Shown: in pieces, positions 20,597 to 30,257 of the stretch | Numbering within the stretch: the first letter of the stretch is position 1 | How the letters are laid out: every line of letters starts with the position of its first letter | NCBI GenBank assembly: GCA_018400915.1 | Contig: JAGYLW010000001.1 | Span: 1 to 56,770, forward strand | DNA from: Fidelibacterota bacterium | GTDB lineage: Bacteria > Fidelibacterota > Fidelibacteria > Fidelibacterales > Fidelibacteraceae | DNA: 56,770 bases | Direction: 5' to 3' | Notes under the pieces: model-generated | Seen by the model: the letters and a program-made list of their open reading frames with translations, nothing else | The model's database searches: none | What the model was told of the DNA's origin: nothing | Made by a program: the position numbers and the translations under genes

Positions 20597-23578
20597 TCAT
20601 CTGTCAATATAGATGATGGCTTTCCCGGTTTTCCCGTCCATTTTAATGCACAGGGGTTTGGCGGAACGCAGATGCCTGAAATACTGCGTTTTCCCTGTCC
20701 TGCGTATGCTTTCAAGCAGGGGCTTGTTGACATAATCCCCGGAACGTGCGTTCTTTACATACGGTGCCGAAAAATATCCAACCTGTTTGGCAACGACATT
20801 ATGAAAGAAATGTGTTCCCTGCGAAGGCGTTATCTCAAAACCCTCGATGACAGTCTCGACGATGGCGCAGGCCTGACTGATATCGGCGAATTTTACCGGC
20901 ACGCCGATAAAACGGTCCTGCGTTCCCCAGCGGCCGGGACCCATCAGAATATAGCTTTTCTCTCTTTCTTTCATTTCCCTGTTGATCTCCTCGATCTCGG
21001 ACCTCATCCGGATCGTTTCCATGGGATCAAAATGTTCCGGCGGACACCAGATAATATCATGGATATTTTTCTTCTCGCCGTTTCCCATGCCGTGTTCGGT
21101 ATAAAGAATGATGTCCTTTTCTGCGTAGTCCGACTTATTCACGATGGTCTCCGCTCCGGATACGGCCAGGGGGCGCACCTGTAAAAGATAAAAGGTCGGA
21201 TGGCTGTCCTTGTCAGATCGCCGGTCAAGGTCCACGGCAAACTCGATCTCCACCGGCATCCCCATCGAAGCTTCGCCGATAGACAGCAATTTCTGTATGA
21301 CGTCGCTCAGCGGATAATACCCGTATTTCAGGATGTTTTCGAAGGTGACGATCCGCGGCCCTTTCCGCCCAAGGCCCGGCCACAGCCGGTTGTTCTCATA
21401 ATCAAAGACGGACACCAGATGCTTCAGGCGGCCGAAGGATTCGGCTTTCGACAGCGGAAGCCGTACCAGGGTCGTCGATTCCGTTCCGCTAAGAATCTCT
21501 TTGCTGCTGTTCATTTCCAGGGCGTAAAAATCGCGCTGGCCGGCAGAAAAGATCTCCTCTTCGGACATCAGCATGACTTTCGGGTAGGCGGGACAGAAAC
21601 GAAAGACATTCCCGCCCTCGATCACCATTTTGCCAAGCCCCACGGCCAGTGCGGCCATGCCGTCATGGTGCTGCTGGCTGGCGATAGGATAAAAATTATA
21701 CGATTGCGCCACCCCGCTGATATGCGGAAAATAGTAATGCTCATTCCGGGTTCCGATCACTTCCTGAATGATCACGGCCATTTTCTCTTCATCCATCTGG
21801 TGACCGATGTGTTCAATATACTGTTGTGTGCCGGTACTGTAGGAAGAGGCATAAATCAGCTTGATCGCATTTTCAAGCTGTGCAAGCCTGACCTCAAGGT
21901 CTCCGTCATTGTTTGGCAACATGTACGTACGGTATATTCCCGCAAAAGGCTGAGAATAGCTGTCTTCCAGAAGCGAAGAGGAGCGGACGGCCAGCGGATA
22001 GTGAATACGCTCAAGAAGCTGGCGAAGCTTATTCCTCAGGGACCCGGACAGTTCGCCTTCAAGAAAAATATTGTCGATCACCTCATCGTCCATATCGTCG
22101 TGGATCTTCCTGTCGATCTGATTTCTTTCGATAAAGCGCTCGTATTCACTGACGCCGATCGCGGCCGTATTGGGAAGACGCACGGGGGTCCCTTCAAAGA
22201 TCTCATCCTTTTCCATGCGCGTCAGCAGGGCGTTCAGGAACGCCAGACCGCGGCCCTTGCCGCCGAGCGAACCTTCCGACAGAAGAATGATCTCGTTTTC
22301 CTCCGGCATGGAATACTTGTGAAATTTAATGATCTCACCGCGGTTGTGCGCTTTTTCGATCTCAAGGACGGAGCGTATCAGATACTGGCGCATGGCGTCC
22401 GTGCTCTTGAAATCCCTGGCCTGCATTTTACGGATCTTCCGGGCCATCTCGATCTCACCGCGCGCCATCAGCCAGGCGCTGAAATGATTTTTACCGGCAT
22501 GATAGATCAGGCTTTCCTGCGGCACTTTCTGCAGCTTGTTCTCAAATTCGGCCAGATAGACCGCTCTGTCAATGGGATTGCCGTGCCTGTCCCGGAAAAC
22601 AAAATCCCCGAACCCGAGGTTTTCAACGATAAAACTCCGCAGTCCGTGTAAAATATGCCTGCTGTGTTTATAGAGAAAGGCAAAATCAAACCTTTCCGCG
22701 ATCTCCGCATTTTCCGGATCCGCAGATAAAATGATCGAAGCAAGGTTCGTACCGTCCTTCCGGAACGACTGCAGCAGCTTCAGTCCCGCAGATTTGTCAT
22801 CCCTGCCTTTTTTCTCGAAGCGCATATCGGAAAACACGGCGACAAGATTGCCCTTGTAGGCCTCGTAGATCGCCACCGCTTCTTCATAATTCTTTGCCAG
22901 GAGCACCTTCGGCCGTGCTCTCATGCGAAATCGCTTCTCACGTTCATTCAGTTCTTCGATGATCAGGTGCTGTGTCTGCTTTACGATCTCCTCGTAAAGC
23001 AGCGGGAGGAAGGTTGAATAAAAGCGCGTTGAATCCTCCACCAGAAGAATAACGCGCACCAGTCCCGCCCGCGTATCGTGGGAAACGTTCTTCTTGTCTT
23101 CTACCGACTTGATGATCGCCAGGAACAGGTTGGCATCGCCCTTCCACAGGAATATTTCATCAAAGGCATAACCCGGTTCAAGATGGTCCTCTACGACCTT
23201 CATATCCGCCATACTGGTCAGCAAGAGAACGACCGGCAGATCGGGCCGGTATTCCCGGATCGCTTTCAGCACATCAAAAGGACTGATCTTCCCGGAATGC
23301 AGTGTGGTAATAATAAGGTCATAATCGTTTGTTTTTATTTGTCTTATCGCATCCTCTCCGGTAGGAACGGCCTCGATCTCAGGCGGGGAAGAAAGGTTTA
23401 GTTCCATGTATTCGATAAAGACCTGCTCGCCCAGAAGCGCGTCGTGTTCGAAAACAAAGGCGTCGTAAAATGTGGATATCAGGAGGATGCGCTTTACACG
23501 GTAGCGCATTAATTTCCGGAAAACATCCTCCCCGTATTTGAACTGATTATAATATTTGGTGATATTAAAATCTTTCAT
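20597..23578 (-). CDS. dual receiver-domain protein fused to a PEP/pyruvate-binding (PPDK_N ATP-grasp-like) domain
   Basis: The first CheY-like module has DLIITT where the phospho-Asp is expected. The second module has VILLVEDS .. VAVFSDMRF .. IILSAD. The C-terminal two-thirds carries SLGGKGRGLAFL, AVRSSSLLED and GPGRWGTQD motifs as in PEP-utilising/pyruvate phosphate dikinase N-terminal-domain proteins. No TSH swivel-His motif was seen. The start overlaps the dapF stop by 4 nt. Confidence 0.65.
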   Translation of the reverse strand: MKDFNITKYYNQFKYGEDVFRKLMRYRVKRILLISTFYDAFVFEHDALLGEQVFIEYMELNLSSPPEIEAVPTGEDAIRQIKTNDYDLIITTLHSGKISPFDVLKAIREYRPDLPVVLLLTSMADMKVVEDHLEPGYAFDEIFLWKGDANLFLAIIKSVEDKKNVSHDTRAGLVRVILLVEDSTRFYSTFLPLLYEEIVKQTQHLIIEELNEREKRFRMRARPKVLLAKNYEEAVAIYEAYKGNLVAVFSDMRFEKKGRDDKSAGLKLLQSFRKDGTNLASIILSADPENAEIAERFDFAFLYKHSRHILHGLRSFIVENLGFGDFVFRDRHGNPIDRAVYLAEFENKLQKVPQESLIYHAGKNHFSAWLMARGEIEMARKIRKMQARDFKSTDAMRQYLIRSVLEIEKAHNRGEIIKFHKYSMPEENEIILLSEGSLGGKGRGLAFLNALLTRMEKDEIFEGTPVRLPNTAAIGVSEYERFIERNQIDRKIHDDMDDEVIDNIFLEGELSGSLRNKLRQLLERIHYPLAVRSSSLLEDSYSQPFAGIYRTYMLPNNDGDLEVRLAQLENAIKLIYASSYSTGTQQYIEHIGHQMDEEKMAVIIQEVIGTRNEHYYFPHISGVAQSYNFYPIASQQHHDGMAALAVGLGKMVIEGGNVFRFCPAYPKVMLMSEEEIFSAGQRDFYALEMNSSKEILSGTESTTLVRLPLSKAESFGRLKHLVSVFDYENNRLWPGLGRKGPRIVTFENILKYGYYPLSDVIQKLLSIGEASMGMPVEIEFAVDLDRRSDKDSHPTFYLLQVRPLAVSGAETIVNKSDYAEKDIILYTEHGMGNGEKKNIHDIIWCPPEHFDPMETIRMRSEIEEINREMKEREKSYILMGPGRWGTQDRFIGVPVKFADISQACAIVETVIEGFEITPSQGTHFFHNVVAKQVGYFSAPYVKNARSGDYVNKPLLESIRRTGKTQYFRHLRSAKPLCIKMDGKTGKAIIYIDR

Positions 23579-24360
23579 CTCCGGATTTCCCCCTTAAAGA
23601 CATAAGCTGCAGGTCCTTCCAGCCAGACATCGGTGAAAAGGCCGTCGCGACAGGTGAAGGAAACGTTCAGTTTTCCTCCCCTTGCATTTATGGTGAAAAC
23701 ATCCTTTGTATTGCCGAGAAAACAATGTACCATGGCGGAGGCGACCGAGCCCGTGCCGCAGGCGAAGGTTTCCGCCTCCACGCCGCGTTCGTAGGTCCGG
23801 ATCGACAGGCTGTCGTCCTTCTCCACCTTGACAAAATTCACGTTAGCACCCCCGGGTGCGTACATTTCATGGTCTCTGAGCGCTCTCCCGCGCTTATCCA
23901 CATCCACGTCCTTCAGATTATCCACATATTCCACATGATGCGGTGAGCCGCTGTCCGCGAAATAGCCCCTGCCCGCTTTCCGCGGCCTGCCCGCGTCCTG
24001 CATTTTTAAACGGACAAGATGCTCCGCCGTAAACCTTCCTTCATGCTCCCCGTCCGAAGCGTCAAAGACGATCTTTTCTTCCTCCGTGACATATCCGAGA
24101 TCCCGCGCAAATGCGAGCAGGCACCTCCCCCCGTTGCCGCACATGCTTCCGGGAACCCCGTTCGCATTATAATAGACCATTGCAAAATGATTCCTTTCGG
24201 AGGGACGAAGCAGGATCAGACCGTCCGCCCCGACACCAAAATGACGATCACAGATGCGGCGGATCCGTTCATGATCATCTCCGGGGAAAGTTCCCGCAAG
24301 ATCATCGATGCAAATAAAATCATTTCCCGCTCCCTGATATTTATAAAATGTGATCTGCAT
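23575..24360 (-). CDS. dapF: diaminopimelate epimerase
   Basis: FYKYQGAGNDFICID, and catalytic Cys motifs SMCGNGGRC and FACGTGSVA. 261 aa. Confidence 0.92.
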   Translation of the reverse strand: MQITFYKYQGAGNDFICIDDLAGTFPGDDHERIRRICDRHFGVGADGLILLRPSERNHFAMVYYNANGVPGSMCGNGGRCLLAFARDLGYVTEEEKIVFDASDGEHEGRFTAEHLVRLKMQDAGRPRKAGRGYFADSGSPHHVEYVDNLKDVDVDKRGRALRDHEMYAPGGANVNFVKVEKDDSLSIRTYERGVEAETFACGTGSVASAMVHCFLGNTKDVFTINARGGKLNVSFTCRDGLFTDVWLEGPAAYVFKGEIRR

Positions 24361-24395
24361 GGCACGTCCTTTTTTTCCGCATCATTCTCATAAAA

Positions 24396-24424
24396 AATAT
24401 ACTCATTCCGCAGATGAATACCAA
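24396..24424 (-). promoter_or_regulatory. candidate sigma70-type promoter for dapF operon
   Basis: On the minus strand, TTGGTA (24424-24419), a 17-nt spacer, then TATATT (24401-24396), about 36 nt upstream of the dapF ATG. Confidence 0.35.
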
Positions 24425-24442
24425 ACAGGAAAAAATGCTGCC

Positions 24443-24458
24443 GTTTCACGTGAAACAT
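24443..24458. promoter_or_regulatory. palindromic operator-like element, copy 1 (GTTTCACGTGAAAC-AT)
   Basis: Perfect 14-bp palindrome GTTTCACGTGAAAC at 24443-24456. The 16-mer is identical to 24555-24570. It lies 18 nt upstream of the predicted dapF -35. Confidence 0.45.
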
Positions 24459-24496
24459 CTCCTGAAGAAGAGGAGCAAAATACCGGATATTTTTAT

Positions 24497-24525
24497 TTCG
24501 AAGACCGGAATGGATTTTGTATAAT
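24497..24525 (+). promoter_or_regulatory. candidate extended -10 promoter for mfd
   Basis: TGTATAAT at 24518-24525 with a weak -35 TTCGAA at 24497-24502 (17-nt spacer). It ends only 5 nt before the first mfd ATG. Confidence 0.25.
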
Positions 24526-24530
24526 TCCCC

Positions 24531-27500
24531 ATGGAAAAAAATGCAGCGAAAAGGGTTTCACGTGAAACATTGACGGCTACGGATATCGCAAAGCGTTTTG
24601 AAGAGGACAAAGCTTTTATGCGTTCCTTTTCACTTCTGCGTCACCGCCTGTCCTTAAGTATAAATACTTCGAATACAAGCTTTGCCCTTTTCTGGATATG
24701 GCAAGCCGCCAGGGCGGGATATATCCCCCTGGTTTTGATCGAAAGCGAGCTCAAGGCGGAATCCTTCTATGCGGATGCGCTTGCTTTCTTTTCCCCCGGC
24801 TCCATTGCCTGGATCCCGCTGTTCAAAAATGCCGGATCTTCCCTGAGCGGTCATTCTGCCCTGGAAAATCATCTCAGCCGCTTTCTGAAAGACCTTTACA
24901 GGGGTTCGCTTGACCTTGTCATTTCTACAGAATCGGTCTTCCGGCATCCCGTTCCCGGCAAAGAGGACCTTGAAGAGCATATGCTCCGTCTTTCCCCCGG
25001 AGATGAAATCTCCTTTTCCCTGTTGAGTCAAAAACTGCAGGAAAGAGGATATCAGCGCAGTGAAATTGTGGAATACTGCGGTGAATTCACATTTCGCGGA
25101 GGGATCGTGGACGTGTATCCCTACGGGCACACCTACCCTCTCCGTATCGAATTCTTCGGGAATACGGTTGATTCCATACGCCTTTTTAACCCCAATGACC
25201 AGAATACCTTTGCGCTGAGTGATTCGGGAAAAATCCCTCCTGCCTCCTTTTCCTCCTTCGCGAAAAAACAGATACAGGATGTGCTCCCGGAAAACACACT
25301 GGTAATACGGCTGGCGGATCCGAAAAAAGAAGACTCTTCGCTGGAATATACCCCCGGAATACCCTTCAGGCAGGTGCTTTTCGATGCCCGCACGGTGCGT
25401 CCGGACCTGTCTTTCCCGGTCGCGGACCCCGTTCCCCCCAGAGATGTCCGTGACAAGCATTATTACCGTGAGCTTATCGACAGTTTCAGCAATATTGCCG
25501 TCTTTTCCGAACATGAGCTGGTGCTGGAATCCCTGCACAAAGTACTCGGAGAACATGCCGAATATGTGAAGGCAAATGTGCAGAAGGGATTTATGTACAG
25601 GGACATGGACTTCATCCTGCTTTCAGGAAGGGAGATCTATCACAAGGAGCATTATGTCAATCCCAACAAGCGCTTTATCCCTGAAAGTTCCCGGCGCATC
25701 GATTCACCGGAATCTCTCCGTTACGGAGATGCCGTTGTCCATGTGGATTACGGTCTGGGAATATACCGGGGCATAGAACTGCTTTCCTTCCGCGGTGTCA
25801 AACAGGAAGCGATGGTCGTCGAATATCAGAACAAGGACAGGGTTTACGTTCCCGTCCGCCACATGAACAAGATCTTCCGCTATTCTGCGGACAAGGCGAA
25901 ACCCCCCGTTCTCGATAAACTGGGGAGCATGCGCTGGGAAAACGCCAAACAGTCCACAAAAAAATACCTTCGCAAAGCGGCTTTTGATATGATAACCCTG
26001 TATCATGACCGGAAAAAGCTCCCGGGTTTCGCCTTTGAGAAGGACACGCCGGACAGCCTGCGGCTCGAGGCGGAATTCCCCTTTGACGAGACGGAGGACC
26101 AGGGGGCCGCCATTGAAGAAGTAAAGAGGGATATGGAGCGGGACCGCATTATGGACCGCCTGATTTGCGGCGATGTCGGTTTCGGGAAAACGGAGGTGGC
26201 CATCCGTGCCGCGTTCAAGGCGGTCTATTCGAACAAACAGGTGGCTGTGCTCGTCCCGACCACTATGCTGTGTTTTCAGCACTTCGAGAGCTTTCGTGAG
26301 CGCCTTGACATGTTCGGGATCCGGGTGGAATACCTAAACCGTTTTGTGCAGGGAAAAGCGTTGATCCGCCGTCTCGCGGATCTCAGTGACCACAGGATCG
26401 ATGTTGTTGTGGGCACACACAAGCTGTTGTCTAACATATTGTTATTTAATGATTTAGGTTTGCTAATCGTCGACGAGGAGCACCGTTTTGGTGTCAATGA
26501 CAAAGAAAAGATCCGGAACCTGAAGCGCCGTGTGGACGTGATCACTCTGACGGCGACCCCTATCCCCCGGACGCTGCAAATGACACTCGGCGGTCTCCGG
26601 GATATTACAAAGATCGACACGCCCCCGAAGGAGCGCCTTCCCATCGCCACGAAGATCATTTACTGGGATAACGAGGAGGTGCGTGCCGCGGTGGAGCGGG
26701 AACTTGAGCGAAACGGCCAGGTGTTCATCCTCGATAACAATATCCGGGAAATGCCCGGGATGCAGAAAAAGATCTCCGCCATGTTCCCGGCGCACAAGGT
26801 CCGCTATGCGCACGGCAAACTTCCCGGCGCGGAACTGGAAAAAACCCTGCTGGATTTCTATCATCACGAATTTGACATCCTGATATCCTCCACGATCATT
26901 GAATCCGGCATCGACATTCCCAATGCCAATACACTCATCGTGCTGAACGCCCACCGTTTCGGCCTGTCCCAGCTCTATCAGATCCGGGGGCGCGTCGGGC
27001 GCTCCCATAAAAAGGCCTTTGCCTATCTGGTGATCCCCCGTTCAAAAGCCCTGAATCCCGCCGCGGTAAAACGGCTTCAGACACTCGAATATTACACGGA
27101 CCTGGGTTCGGGTTACCAGATCGCCATGCGCGATCTTGAAATACGGGGAGCGGGAGACCTTTTCGGCGTTGAGCAAAGCGGACATATCAACCGGCTGGGG
27201 TACGCATACTTCAACCGGCTTCTGGCCGAAGAAGTGGAATCCGTGAAATCTCCCGCCCGCCCCCGGCACGAAAGCCCGGACATTCAGCTCGACCATCCCG
27301 CCTATTTTCCCGGGACCTACATCCGGAACAAGGACATCCGCATCGCCTTTTACCGCGAACTGAGCGACATCTTATCGGGAGCGGAAAACGCGGACCACGC
27401 CCTCAAAAAGGTCGACAAGATCCACGTTTCCTGCCGCGACCGTTTCGGCCCCCTGCCCGGGGCGGCGGAAAATCTCCTTAATGACGCGCGTTTCTCCCTC

Positions 27501-27752
27501 CGCCTGACGCCATATTACATCGGGAAAGTGTACCGCAACAACAAAAAACTCATGCTCGCTTTTTCCCGGGAAGCGCCTCTGCAAACGATACAGAAAGCCG
27601 CCGGCGCCCTGCTGCGCGAGTGCGGGGAAAAAGATATCCCGATCCGCTTCATTTCAAAAACGGATCTTCGGGCGGAAGTCGGCAAGGAATTCCTTCATGC
27701 ATATTATCCGGGAACTTTTCAGGCTTTCCCGGATTCCAAGCCCCGTAATTAA
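24531..27752 (+). CDS. mfd: transcription-repair coupling factor
   Basis: 1073 aa. CarD-like GDAVVHVDYGLGIY, helicase motifs GDVGFGKTEVA, DEEHRFGV, TATPIPRT and QLYQIRGRVGRS. An alternative start at ATG 24618 has AGAGGA about 10 nt upstream. Confidence 0.93.
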   Translation: MEKNAAKRVSRETLTATDIAKRFEEDKAFMRSFSLLRHRLSLSINTSNTSFALFWIWQAARAGYIPLVLIESELKAESFYADALAFFSPGSIAWIPLFKNAGSSLSGHSALENHLSRFLKDLYRGSLDLVISTESVFRHPVPGKEDLEEHMLRLSPGDEISFSLLSQKLQERGYQRSEIVEYCGEFTFRGGIVDVYPYGHTYPLRIEFFGNTVDSIRLFNPNDQNTFALSDSGKIPPASFSSFAKKQIQDVLPENTLVIRLADPKKEDSSLEYTPGIPFRQVLFDARTVRPDLSFPVADPVPPRDVRDKHYYRELIDSFSNIAVFSEHELVLESLHKVLGEHAEYVKANVQKGFMYRDMDFILLSGREIYHKEHYVNPNKRFIPESSRRIDSPESLRYGDAVVHVDYGLGIYRGIELLSFRGVKQEAMVVEYQNKDRVYVPVRHMNKIFRYSADKAKPPVLDKLGSMRWENAKQSTKKYLRKAAFDMITLYHDRKKLPGFAFEKDTPDSLRLEAEFPFDETEDQGAAIEEVKRDMERDRIMDRLICGDVGFGKTEVAIRAAFKAVYSNKQVAVLVPTTMLCFQHFESFRERLDMFGIRVEYLNRFVQGKALIRRLADLSDHRIDVVVGTHKLLSNILLFNDLGLLIVDEEHRFGVNDKEKIRNLKRRVDVITLTATPIPRTLQMTLGGLRDITKIDTPPKERLPIATKIIYWDNEEVRAAVERELERNGQVFILDNNIREMPGMQKKISAMFPAHKVRYAHGKLPGAELEKTLLDFYHHEFDILISSTIIESGIDIPNANTLIVLNAHRFGLSQLYQIRGRVGRSHKKAFAYLVIPRSKALNPAAVKRLQTLEYYTDLGSGYQIAMRDLEIRGAGDLFGVEQSGHINRLGYAYFNRLLAEEVESVKSPARPRHESPDIQLDHPAYFPGTYIRNKDIRIAFYRELSDILSGAENADHALKKVDKIHVSCRDRFGPLPGAAENLLNDARFSLRLTPYYIGKVYRNNKKLMLAFSREAPLQTIQKAAGALLRECGEKDIPIRFISKTDLRAEVGKEFLHAYYPGTFQAFPDSKPRN
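24555..24570. promoter_or_regulatory. palindromic operator-like element, copy 2
   Basis: Identical 16-mer GTTTCACGTGAAACAT, 112 bp from copy 1. It lies just inside the longest mfd ORF, or in the 5' leader if mfd starts at ATG 24618. Confidence 0.45.
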
Positions 27753-27813
27753 AAGATTTTATTTTGCTGCGCGGCATGTTAAATTTACAGAGATAAAAAA
27801 CGGAGTTCCCATT

Positions 27814-29496
27814 ATGCGATCATTGTATTTACTGTTTTCCTTTCTTCTCGTGCTTGCCTCCTGCACCCGGTTTGATGAAAATGAGGTGGCCAGGGTGGAC
27901 GGGATGAAAATTCACCCGAATGAACTGTTCATGTATTACCCGGAGGCAAATTTCCGCTCCCTTCCCGGGGAAGAGAAGGAAGAGCGCATCCAAAAGGTTT
28001 GTGACGACTATCTTGCCCGCATTTACCTTGAGGAACAGGGGGACCTCGATTCGGGAGAAGTAAAATGGGAGGTACGGGTCTGGAAGATCCGCGAGCTGGC
28101 AAATCAGGCCTACAACGACCTGGTGATCGACCGTGTGCTTACGCCCGAAGCCATGCGGGATCTTTACAACAAGCAAAAACATGAAATCAATGTCAGCCAT
28201 GTGCTGATCGGCTTTGACGGAAAACGGGAAATGCATGAGCGAAGCCGGGAAGAGGCCGAAGCCCTTGCCGAAAAGATCAGCCGGAAGATCAATAACGAGA
28301 ACTTCTCGGAATATGTTGAAACGTATTCCGACGACGCTTCAAAAGAAACAAACGCCGGGAATCTCGGCTGGGGACGCACGGGCCGCTGGATCCCCGAATT
28401 TGAAAACGCCGCCTTTGCGCTTGAGCCCGGAGAGATCAGCGGACCGGTGGAAACCGGGTACGGTTTTCACATCATCAAACTGAACGAACGCCGGGAAATC
28501 CCGCTTCCCCCTTACGAAGAAATGTATGACGAGCTGCGCGAACTTGCGCTCAACAAATGGCGAAACCGTTTCATGGAAAGGGAAAAAGCGGTTTTTGATT
28601 CCCTGGGCCAGGCCAACCCGGTGGTGTATGACGATTCCCTGCTGACGGATTTTATCGACCGCTTCATCCGTCTCTCCGAAAATGTTTTTTATTCAAAGCA
28701 GTTCAGCGCTTATGATATTCTCGATATTTTTCCGGACACCCTCAGGGTGGGCAGGATCGGTGAAAGACCCATTGACAAGGAGTGGATACACCAGTATCTG
28801 AAGGTCGTTTCCCTCCAGGTTCCTCCCCGCTTTAAAGATGTCCCTTCGTTCAAAAGTTTTGTGGGGCAAAACCGTGTCGGCTTCCTCCTGTACGAATGTG
28901 CAAAAAGGCGCGGCCTGGATGAAACGCCGTCCTATCTGCAGCGGTATAACGTGTATCTTGCCAAGAAATCCGCCGATCTCTTTGATAAACGCTATGTGTT
29001 TGAAAAGATCAATCCCGGCATCGATGAGCTCAGTGAATTCTATGAAACCTATAAGGACAGTCTGTATTCCATCGAAAAAACCGTTGATGTCCGCGAGGTC
29101 CTGGTGAAAGACTCTTCGCTGGCCGTGGAGATCCTTGAAAAGGCAAGAAGCGGCGAAGATATGGCCGGGCTTGCCACGGAATATTCCATCCGGAATATCG
29201 GCAAAAGGAACGAAGGGCGCATTCCTCCCGTCAAAAAACACCAGTACGGGGAAATGGGGGTCGCCGCTTTTAATATGCTGGATAATGAGATCGCCGGGCC
29301 GTTCAGGATCGGGGAACACTATTCGGTCATACAGCGTATCGGCGAAAATCCCGCCGGCTACAAAAGCATGGAAGACATCCGTTACCGGCTGCTTACCGAT
29401 TACCGCTCCGTGCACATGAAGGAAAAGCGGAAGGAACAGCTTGCGGGACTGAGAAAAATGTATGTGGTGAAGGTGAATCCATCTTATACAGAATAA
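27814..29496 (+). CDS. parvulin-type peptidylprolyl isomerase lipoprotein (PpiC/PrsA-like)
   Basis: Lipoprotein signal MRSLYLLFSFLLVLASC at ATG 27814. The track start 27697 overlaps mfd. Rotamase core INVSHVLIGF..GNLGWGRTGRWIPEFENAAFAL..GEISGPVETGYGFHIIK. Confidence 0.8.
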   Translation: MRSLYLLFSFLLVLASCTRFDENEVARVDGMKIHPNELFMYYPEANFRSLPGEEKEERIQKVCDDYLARIYLEEQGDLDSGEVKWEVRVWKIRELANQAYNDLVIDRVLTPEAMRDLYNKQKHEINVSHVLIGFDGKREMHERSREEAEALAEKISRKINNENFSEYVETYSDDASKETNAGNLGWGRTGRWIPEFENAAFALEPGEISGPVETGYGFHIIKLNERREIPLPPYEEMYDELRELALNKWRNRFMEREKAVFDSLGQANPVVYDDSLLTDFIDRFIRLSENVFYSKQFSAYDILDIFPDTLRVGRIGERPIDKEWIHQYLKVVSLQVPPRFKDVPSFKSFVGQNRVGFLLYECAKRRGLDETPSYLQRYNVYLAKKSADLFDKRYVFEKINPGIDELSEFYETYKDSLYSIEKTVDVREVLVKDSSLAVEILEKARSGEDMAGLATEYSIRNIGKRNEGRIPPVKKHQYGEMGVAAFNMLDNEIAGPFRIGEHYSVIQRIGENPAGYKSMEDIRYRLLTDYRSVHMKEKRKEQLAGLRKMYVVKVNPSYTE

Positions 29497-29510
29497 AACA
29501 TCTTCTGACT

Positions 29511-30257
29511 TTGTTGCTGATCCTTGTTATCGCGGCCTCCTGCGACGGGATTTTTCATCGCGGGAATCCGCGCCTTGCACGTGTAAATTTCAGGGTCCTG
29601 AGGTTATCGGACCTTCATGAGGCGATCGGAAAGAACAGCAGTTACCAGCAGCGGGAACAATTCGTGGAAAACTGGGTGAGCCGGCAGCTCTGGGAAAAAG
29701 AGGCAAAAAAGCATATCCGGATAAACGCGAAAATGCGCCGGCAGATACGGGAATACCGCCGCGATCTGCTGATCCGTGAGTATTGTGACCGGTATCTGCG
29801 TCAGGGGATCCATGTCAGTGAAAATGATGTGCTGGAATATTACCGTGAACACCAGCGGGCTTTCACGACACCGGTCAGGGCGGTCTTTGCCGAATTATAT
29901 CTCTGTAAGAATGCCGAATCGGCCGCCGAGGTTGCTCAGATGCTGAAAGACGGCGAAACCCCTCCGGTCGCTGCACGGCGCCGGCTCTTACGGTCCGGAG
30001 AGTGCGTCGAAGCGCTGGATAAGGTGCTCTTCGGCAGGAACCCTGGTGCGCTTCCTGGGCCTTTTGATATCAACGGTGACTATTATGTGGTTTCCGTACG
30101 TGAACGCTACGAAGAAAATTCGCTGCTCCGGGTGGAACATGTGCGTGACGAGATCATACAAAAATTAACCATTGAAGCATACCTCGATGCCTATCAACAA
30201 AAACAAAAAGAACTGAAGGAACGATCGAATGTTAAAATTTTCCAAATACCTGCTTAG
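29511..30257 (+). CDS. SurA-N/parvulin-like periplasmic chaperone with degenerate rotamase domain
   Basis: Lipobox-like LVIAASC near the N-terminus. The start is uncertain (TTG 29511; the frame is open upstream). It has chaperone-type helices, then a parvulin-shaped segment (VRAVFAELYL..GPFDINGDYYVVSV) lacking the usual His motifs. Confidence 0.5.
   Translation: MLLILVIAASCDGIFHRGNPRLARVNFRVLRLSDLHEAIGKNSSYQQREQFVENWVSRQLWEKEAKKHIRINAKMRRQIREYRRDLLIREYCDRYLRQGIHVSENDVLEYYREHQRAFTTPVRAVFAELYLCKNAESAAEVAQMLKDGETPPVAARRRLLRSGECVEALDKVLFGRNPGALPGPFDINGDYYVVSVRERYEENSLLRVEHVRDEIIQKLTIEAYLDAYQQKQKELKERSNVKIFQIPA

Noticed and set aside
24435-24524. A 29-codon mini-ORF (MLPFHVKHLLKKRSKIPDIFISKTGMDFV) starting inside the first palindrome-containing repeat, upstream of mfd.
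   Set aside because: It has no convincing RBS. It exists largely because the repeat carries an ATG. I cannot distinguish it from chance without conservation or ribosome-profiling data.
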